From: Vulcanimicrobiota bacterium
GTDB taxonomy: Bacteria > Vulcanimicrobiota > Xenobia > Xenobiales > JADMJV01
DNA: 64,000 nucleotides
Direction of reading: 5' to 3'
Assembly (NCBI GenBank): GCA_050250895.1
Contig: JBFWNU010000005.1
Span: 512,001-576,000 of the forward strand
Both the position numbers and the translations under genes were made by a program. The notes under the pieces were generated by a model. It did not search any database and was not told where the DNA came from. It saw only the letters and a list, made by a program, of their open reading frames with translations. Within the stretch, counting starts at the first letter, position 1. Every line of letters starts with the position of its first letter. Below are positions 58,813 to 64,000 of this stretch, in pieces.

Positions 58813-59853
58813 CTGTCATTTAGCCAATCACAAGCTGTCTTCTTCCGGAGCCTCTCCACCATGTTCTCGGCCGGAGTTCCCCTGACTTTGTGTTTTGACC
58901 AGCTCGAGGCCCAGTCTGACTCGGTCCAGACCAGCCAGGTGGCAGCCAGCGTGGCCGCCCGCTTGCGCCAGGGCGAAAGCCTGCACGCCGCCTTCGCGGC
59001 CCGACCCGACGCCTTTTCGCCTCTTCAGGTGCACCTCGTTCGGGTAGGCACCCAGTCGGGCTCGCTCGAGCACATTTTCACCCAGCTGGCCGTCTACGAA
59101 GAGCAAAAGCGCGACCTCATCCAACGCCTCAAAGCCACCTTCACCTATCCCATCCTGGTCTTCGCTATCGGAATGCTGGGCCTGTTCTGCCTGCCCACGC
59201 TGGTCATGGGAGGCCTGTTCGGCATGCTGGAAGGGTCAGGTCAACCCCTGCCCCTGCTCACCCGGATTCTGCTGGCCTGGGCCCACCTGTTGCGCACCGT
59301 CTGGTTCTATCCCCTGGCCCTGGTCTCACTGGGCGCCCTCTATCAGACGGGCCAGGCCGCCTGGCGCAACGACTCCCTCCGGCTGGCCTGCCTGAACTAC
59401 CTGTTGACCCTGCCCGCCCTGGGTCGGGCAATCCGCATGCTCGTGACCCTGCGCTTCTCTCGCTGCCTGCTCCTTTTGCTTCGGGCCGGAGTGCCGCTGC
59501 TCACAACCATCTCGCTGGCCGCCAAAGCCACTGGCTTTGACCCCGCCCGCCAGGTAGGAAAAGACCTGGAGGAAGCCCTGCGCGGCGGCCAGAGCCTGGC
59601 CGAGGCGCTTTCTCAGCAAACGCTCTTCGAGCCCATGCTCACCCAGATGGTCGCCGCTGGCGAAGAAAGCGGCAAACTCACCCGCCTGCTCAAATGCGCC
59701 GTCAGGCTCTACGAGCAAGAGCTAAGCCACGGGCTCGAGGTGGCCGCAAGCCTGCTCGAGCCCGTGCTAATGGCCGTGCTCGGCGCCATCGTCGGCTTGT
59801 TCATCCTGGGCATCGCCCTGCCGCTGGTGCAGCTCATTCAGACCCTGGCCTGA
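58813..59853 (+). CDS. Type II secretion/T4P platform protein (PilC/GspF family)
   Basis: FFRSLSTMFSAGVPL, TYP, MVAAGEESGKL, LLEP; first ATG at 58861, possible CTG start at 58813. Confidence 0.85.
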   Translation: MSFSQSQAVFFRSLSTMFSAGVPLTLCFDQLEAQSDSVQTSQVAASVAARLRQGESLHAAFAARPDAFSPLQVHLVRVGTQSGSLEHIFTQLAVYEEQKRDLIQRLKATFTYPILVFAIGMLGLFCLPTLVMGGLFGMLEGSGQPLPLLTRILLAWAHLLRTVWFYPLALVSLGALYQTGQAAWRNDSLRLACLNYLLTLPALGRAIRMLVTLRFSRCLLLLLRAGVPLLTTISLAAKATGFDPARQVGKDLEEALRGGQSLAEALSQQTLFEPMLTQMVAAGEESGKLTRLLKCAVRLYEQELSHGLEVAASLLEPVLMAVLGAIVGLFILGIALPLVQLIQTLA

Positions 59854-59892
59854 TGGGAGGATGTTGGGGCTCAGCGGACGGAATAGCGATGA

Positions 59893-60231
59893 ATGGAAGA
59901 TGTGGTTGAACTCACCGCTCTGATGAGGCGGCATCCCCGGTTTGCCGACTTCCGGCAAGCCTTGAGCCAAATGGGATTGGAGCCGGCGAGCAGCTGGCTG
60001 TTGACTTTGGACCACTGCGGACCGGGGCCCCACCAAGCCCTGGCCAGAGTAGTGACCGAACAGCTCGAAGTCTACGAAGTCGAAACAGGCTCTGGAAAGC
60101 CCCCCACCCCGGTCGAAGACGCCGAGGCGCGGCACCTCATCTTACTCCTGAACCGACCGACCGAACGCCAGGCCCTCGAAAGCCAGGTGGCAGGCTACGA
60201 CCTGGAGACGTCGTATCTCCAATTACCCTAA
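59893..60231 (+). CDS. Hypothetical protein
   Basis: 112-aa ORF between co-oriented genes. Confidence 0.45.
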   Translation: MEDVVELTALMRRHPRFADFRQALSQMGLEPASSWLLTLDHCGPGPHQALARVVTEQLEVYEVETGSGKPPTPVEDAEARHLILLLNRPTERQALESQVAGYDLETSYLQLP

Positions 60232-60300
60232 CCGGAGACCAGCCGCAAGAAGCCGCCGCTCGAGAGCGACTTGTCGCCCCGCAGAAGGACCACCTCATCC

Positions 60301-61323
60301 ATGCAATTGTCGAGTTACGGGCTGATCGGCTGTGGCCGTTTCGGTCAGTTTTGTGTCCAGGCCCTGGCCAACCATTCCCACGTGCGACCACTGGCCGTGG
60401 CTGATGGAGACGCCGAGGCTGCCCAGCGGCTGGCCGCCGCCTTCGGCCTTCAGGCCTGCTCGCCGGCCGAACTTCTCCAACGGGTCGACCTCGTTCACAT
60501 CGCCACTCCGCCAGCCACCCATTTCGAGCTGGCTCGTCAGGCCCTCGAGGCAGGGGTGGCCGTGCTGTGCGAGAAGCCCCTGGCCCTCTCGGTAGCCGAC
60601 TGCGACCAGTTGCTGGCCCTGGCTCGGGCTCCGCTGGGCGCTAACCATCTGCTACGCTTTAACCCCCTGGTCGGCCTGGTCGAGCAGATCCTGGCTTCGG
60701 GCGTGTTGGGGCAACCTCTGCACGCCTTCTTCGAGAACTACGCTCAGGATGAGCACTTAGGGCCCCAGCACTGGTTCTGGGACCGTAGCCTCAGCGGAGG
60801 CATCTTTCTCGAGCACGCCGTCCACTTCTTCGACTTGCACCGACTGTGGTTCGGCCCAGGCGAGATCCTGCAGGCCGTGGCCCAGACCCGTCCCGGCACG
60901 GATCAGCAAGATCGCGTGTTCAGCCTGGCCCGCCACGGCCAGGTGCTGGTCACCAGCTACCACGGCTTTGACCAGCCCGCTCGCCTCGACCGGGCCGACC
61001 ATCGCATCTTGTGTCAGCGCGGTCAACTTGAATTGCTTGGCTGGATCCCCATGAAGCTGCGCGCGACCGGTCTGACGCCTGACCAGATTCAGAGCCTGAC
61101 CGCCCTGGCCAAACTCCCGCCCCAGGCGAGCGACGACCAGTTGGTCTGGCGCCTCGAGGTAGACCGGTCCGAACTCTACGCCTCCATGTTCTGTTCGCTG
61201 GTCAGCGACCTGCTCGGCCCCCGCCGGCTCACCGCCGAGGATGCCCGCGAAGCGGTGCGCCTGAGCGAGGCCGCCACGCGGACGGCCGAGATGTCGGGAA
61301 CGGTGGGTCATAGCCGGCAATAG
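60301..61323 (+). CDS. Gfo/Idh/MocA oxidoreductase
   Basis: GLIGCGRFG, IATPP, CEKPLA, SGGIFLEHAVHFFD. Confidence 0.9.
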   Translation: MQLSSYGLIGCGRFGQFCVQALANHSHVRPLAVADGDAEAAQRLAAAFGLQACSPAELLQRVDLVHIATPPATHFELARQALEAGVAVLCEKPLALSVADCDQLLALARAPLGANHLLRFNPLVGLVEQILASGVLGQPLHAFFENYAQDEHLGPQHWFWDRSLSGGIFLEHAVHFFDLHRLWFGPGEILQAVAQTRPGTDQQDRVFSLARHGQVLVTSYHGFDQPARLDRADHRILCQRGQLELLGWIPMKLRATGLTPDQIQSLTALAKLPPQASDDQLVWRLEVDRSELYASMFCSLVSDLLGPRRLTAEDAREAVRLSEAATRTAEMSGTVGHSRQ

Positions 61324-61416
61324 CCAGATGGCCAGGACCCATCGGCCTGCCCCGCTTAGAGGTCCGTCCAGCCATTGTGAGGAAAGGCCCGCCATCAACT
61401 CGAGGGGGTTTTAACC

Positions 61417-63477
61417 TTGATTAAAACATTTCGGACCACGCTGGTCACAGCGTGCGCACTCCTGCTCCTGGCCCTGGTTGGGTGCGGTGGCGGGGGCGAC
61501 GGCGGCGAGAACGCCTTCATCTTTCCCGGCGGTAGCGGCGGAGTTCCCGCCCAGCTCGCCTTCACCACCCAACCCGCCCGCGCCGCCGGGCAGGCCTTCA
61601 ACCCCAACATCATGGTCGAGATCCGTGATATCAACAACATCATCGTTCCCGATGCCACCAACCCGGTCACCCTGACCCTGGCCAACGCACCCGGCGCCAC
61701 CCTGATGGGCACCACCACTGTCAACGCCGTCAACGGCGTAGCCACTTTCCCCGGCCTCTCGGTCGACATCGTGGGCACCGGCTACACCCTGAATGCCAGC
61801 TCGCCTGGCCTCACCGGCGCCAGCAGCTCGGCCTTCAACGTCACTCCCGACGCCGCCAACGCTGCCCTGGTCACGGTCCAGCCGCAGAACATCGACGCGG
61901 GGGGAATGATCCCGCCCGTCACCGTCGACCTGCGGGACGCCTTCGGCAACATCGATACCAATAGCAACGCCGCCGTCACGGTCGCGCTGGTTCCCGTCAA
62001 CGGCGGAACCGGCACCCTGGGTGGCACCACCATGGTCAACGCCGTCAATGGTGTAGCCATCTTCAATGACCTGACCGTGGACACCCAGGGCCAGTATATG
62101 CTGGTCTTTAGCTCCCCCGGTCTGACCGACGGCCCGTCCAGCAACTTCAGTGTCTTTGCCCCGGTTCTCTTCGGCACGTTTCCGGGTATCGAGCCGACCG
62201 CCCCGGCCTATCTGGCTCGCATCAACCCCACCGACGGAACCTTCCAGACGGTGGGCTCGACCACCAGCAACTTCTTCCCGCTGGCCACCGACTCCAACGG
62301 TCGACTCATCAGCGCCGCCAACGACGCGATGACGACCGACGCCGTCCTCGGCACTCTCGATCAGGCCACCGGCACTCCCACCATCATCGGCACCCTCAGC
62401 AACTTGGACAATGTCGGTGGTTGTGAAGCCGTGCGCGACCTCACTTTTGACGCCGTCACCAATATGCTTTATGGCGTCATCGACAATTGCAACGGCGCCG
62501 CTAACCCGGGTCTGTTCAGCATCGATCTGACCACCGGAGCCGGCACCAAGCTCTCTGACGGAACCTTTGCCGCCGGCACCACTGGCCAGGGCGTAGCCTC
62601 GAACTCCGCTGGCACCTTCTTCCACACGCCGGCCGACAACCTGGTGAACATCAACCCCATGACCGGAGCGATGACCAACGTCTTCACCGGCACCATGGGC
62701 CGCACCGATGTCTCGGGGCTGGCCTTCCAGCCAGGCACCGACACGCTCTTCGGAGCCAGCCGCGACACCAACGAGTTGATCACCATCGACCCCGCCACCG
62801 GTACGCTCAGTTCGATGTTTGCTTCTGCTCCCTCGCTGACTGGACTAACCTTCGTGCGCAGCGACGTTCCCTTCACCGATCGCGGCTACGACGTCACCCC
62901 GATTGCCCTCGACTACACCGACATCAGCGCCACCGGCACGCCCTTCAACCTGGGCGACGATGCGGGCACCCCTCCCGTCGACTTCGGCTTCCCTTTCAAC
63001 TTCTTCGGAGTCGACTTCACCAACTGCGCTATCTCGTCCAACGGCTTTCTTACCATGGCCGGTCAGGGAGCGCTCGGAGACTTCAGCAACGAATCTCTGC
63101 CTACCCGCCTCAACAACCATCCGAACATGGTCTGTCTCTACTGGGACGACCTCGACCCGGGCGACGACGGCGCCTCGCTCTTCGCGCAGACGGTCGGCAC
63201 GGCTCCCAACCGGGTCTTCATCGTCCAGTATGTGGAGTTCGACTTCTTCCCGGGCGACGGCACCGCTGGCGGCACCGCCATCATCCAGGCCCAGATGAAG
63301 CTCTTCGAGACCACCAACGTCATCGAGTTCCACTACCAGACCCTGGCTGGAGCCAACGGGAACTCGGCTACCATCGGCGTCCAGGACGGCTCGGGAACCC
63401 GCGCCGCCCAGTTCTCGTTCAATACCGCCAACACCATCATGTCGGGCACGGCCCTGCGCTTCACGCCCAGACCTTAG
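61417..63477 (+). CDS. Large surface lipoprotein: two Ig-like repeats, propeller-like region, nidogen-like C-terminal domain
   Basis: Lipobox LVGC; duplicated GTT.VNAVNGVA.F..L.VD..G.Y.L; FGFPFNFFG, ISSNGFL, YWDDL. Confidence 0.75.
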   Translation: MIKTFRTTLVTACALLLLALVGCGGGGDGGENAFIFPGGSGGVPAQLAFTTQPARAAGQAFNPNIMVEIRDINNIIVPDATNPVTLTLANAPGATLMGTTTVNAVNGVATFPGLSVDIVGTGYTLNASSPGLTGASSSAFNVTPDAANAALVTVQPQNIDAGGMIPPVTVDLRDAFGNIDTNSNAAVTVALVPVNGGTGTLGGTTMVNAVNGVAIFNDLTVDTQGQYMLVFSSPGLTDGPSSNFSVFAPVLFGTFPGIEPTAPAYLARINPTDGTFQTVGSTTSNFFPLATDSNGRLISAANDAMTTDAVLGTLDQATGTPTIIGTLSNLDNVGGCEAVRDLTFDAVTNMLYGVIDNCNGAANPGLFSIDLTTGAGTKLSDGTFAAGTTGQGVASNSAGTFFHTPADNLVNINPMTGAMTNVFTGTMGRTDVSGLAFQPGTDTLFGASRDTNELITIDPATGTLSSMFASAPSLTGLTFVRSDVPFTDRGYDVTPIALDYTDISATGTPFNLGDDAGTPPVDFGFPFNFFGVDFTNCAISSNGFLTMAGQGALGDFSNESLPTRLNNHPNMVCLYWDDLDPGDDGASLFAQTVGTAPNRVFIVQYVEFDFFPGDGTAGGTAIIQAQMKLFETTNVIEFHYQTLAGANGNSATIGVQDGSGTRAAQFSFNTANTIMSGTALRFTPRP

Positions 63478-63497
63478 GCACTACCTGATACACAGCC

Positions 63498-63525
63498 AAG
63501 GGCCCCGGTTCGCCGGGGCCCTTTT
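63498..63525. terminator. Terminator between convergent genes
   Basis: AAGGGCCCCGG-TTCG-CCGGGGCCCTT-TT. Confidence 0.85.
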
Positions 63526-64000
63526 CTATACCAGATAGAAGGGGGGACCGGCCGCTTTGATGGCGGCTTCCAACTGGCTGATTTCCTCCTCAAACGCGCT
63601 ATCTAACTCGTCGAGTTCCTCGCGCAGCTTGAGCACTCCACTCGCCGCCCGCGTACAGAGCTGCTTCATCTGCGTGAGCCGCTGGGTCTTGTCGGTCAGT
63701 CGCTGGATTGAAGCCCGAATGGCGTCGAGATCAAGCTCGGCCTGGGCGCCCGGCCGCGAGGCGCGGGCGGCGATGATCCACAGGGCCGCCTCGAGGCCCA
63801 CATACTGGGGAGCCTCCTTGTCCACCAGCACCACCAGCTGCGTTTTGTTTCGCGAGAGGAGCATGGGGATCCGCGGGCCGTTCTCGTCTTGATTCTCTTG
63901 CAGAGTCGCGACCACGATGCCATAGTCGCAGGCTCGGTCGGTCATGGCCTGGGCCAGGTCCCCGGTGAAGTAGGGATTGGAACTATCCTGGGAAAGCCGT
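63526..64000 (-). CDS. Hypothetical protein C-terminus with coiled coil (5' end outside the window)
   Basis: Open frame to the edge; heptad-rich tail. Confidence 0.55.
   Translation of the reverse strand, partial: RLSQDSSNPYFTGDLAQAMTDRACDYGIVVATLQENQDENGPRIPMLLSRNKTQLVVLVDKEAPQYVGLEAALWIIAARASRPGAQAELDLDAIRASIQRLTDKTQRLTQMKQLCTRAASGVLKLREELDELDSAFEEEISQLEAAIKAAGPPFYLV

Overview
High-GC bacterial chromosomal window. Gene order (contiguous str-S10-spc-secY-adk-map-infA-rpmJ-alpha cluster, long-form S12, DUF5693, ECF ATPase) is Terrabacteria-like; a Vulcanimicrobiota/Eremiobacterota-type origin is my guess only. Layout: (1) 1-20.1 kb: envelope genes, an ArnT/GT2/LAB_N cluster, and a translationally coupled five-gene amino-acid catabolic operon led by an unusual 1174-aa aminotransferase-GNAT-pseudo-aminotransferase fusion; (2) 20.3-40.2 kb: the ribosomal protein superoperon (rpsL to rplQ), which lacks rpsN and rpmD, has a highly structured rpsL leader, a long structured rplW-rplB spacer, a repeat-bearing insert between adk and map, and a divergent IF-1; (3) 40.2-64 kb: accessory region with a repeat tract, Prim-Pol/LigC pair, metal genes, an HNH gene between imperfect direct repeats, an AT-richer ankyrin islet, a receptor-type Ser/Thr kinase, pilin-like genes and a large lipoprotein. 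No tRNA, rRNA or CRISPR array was seen. The best candidate for an undescribed system is the 7.9-16.6 kb operon. All calls come from reading motifs by eye; no searches were run.
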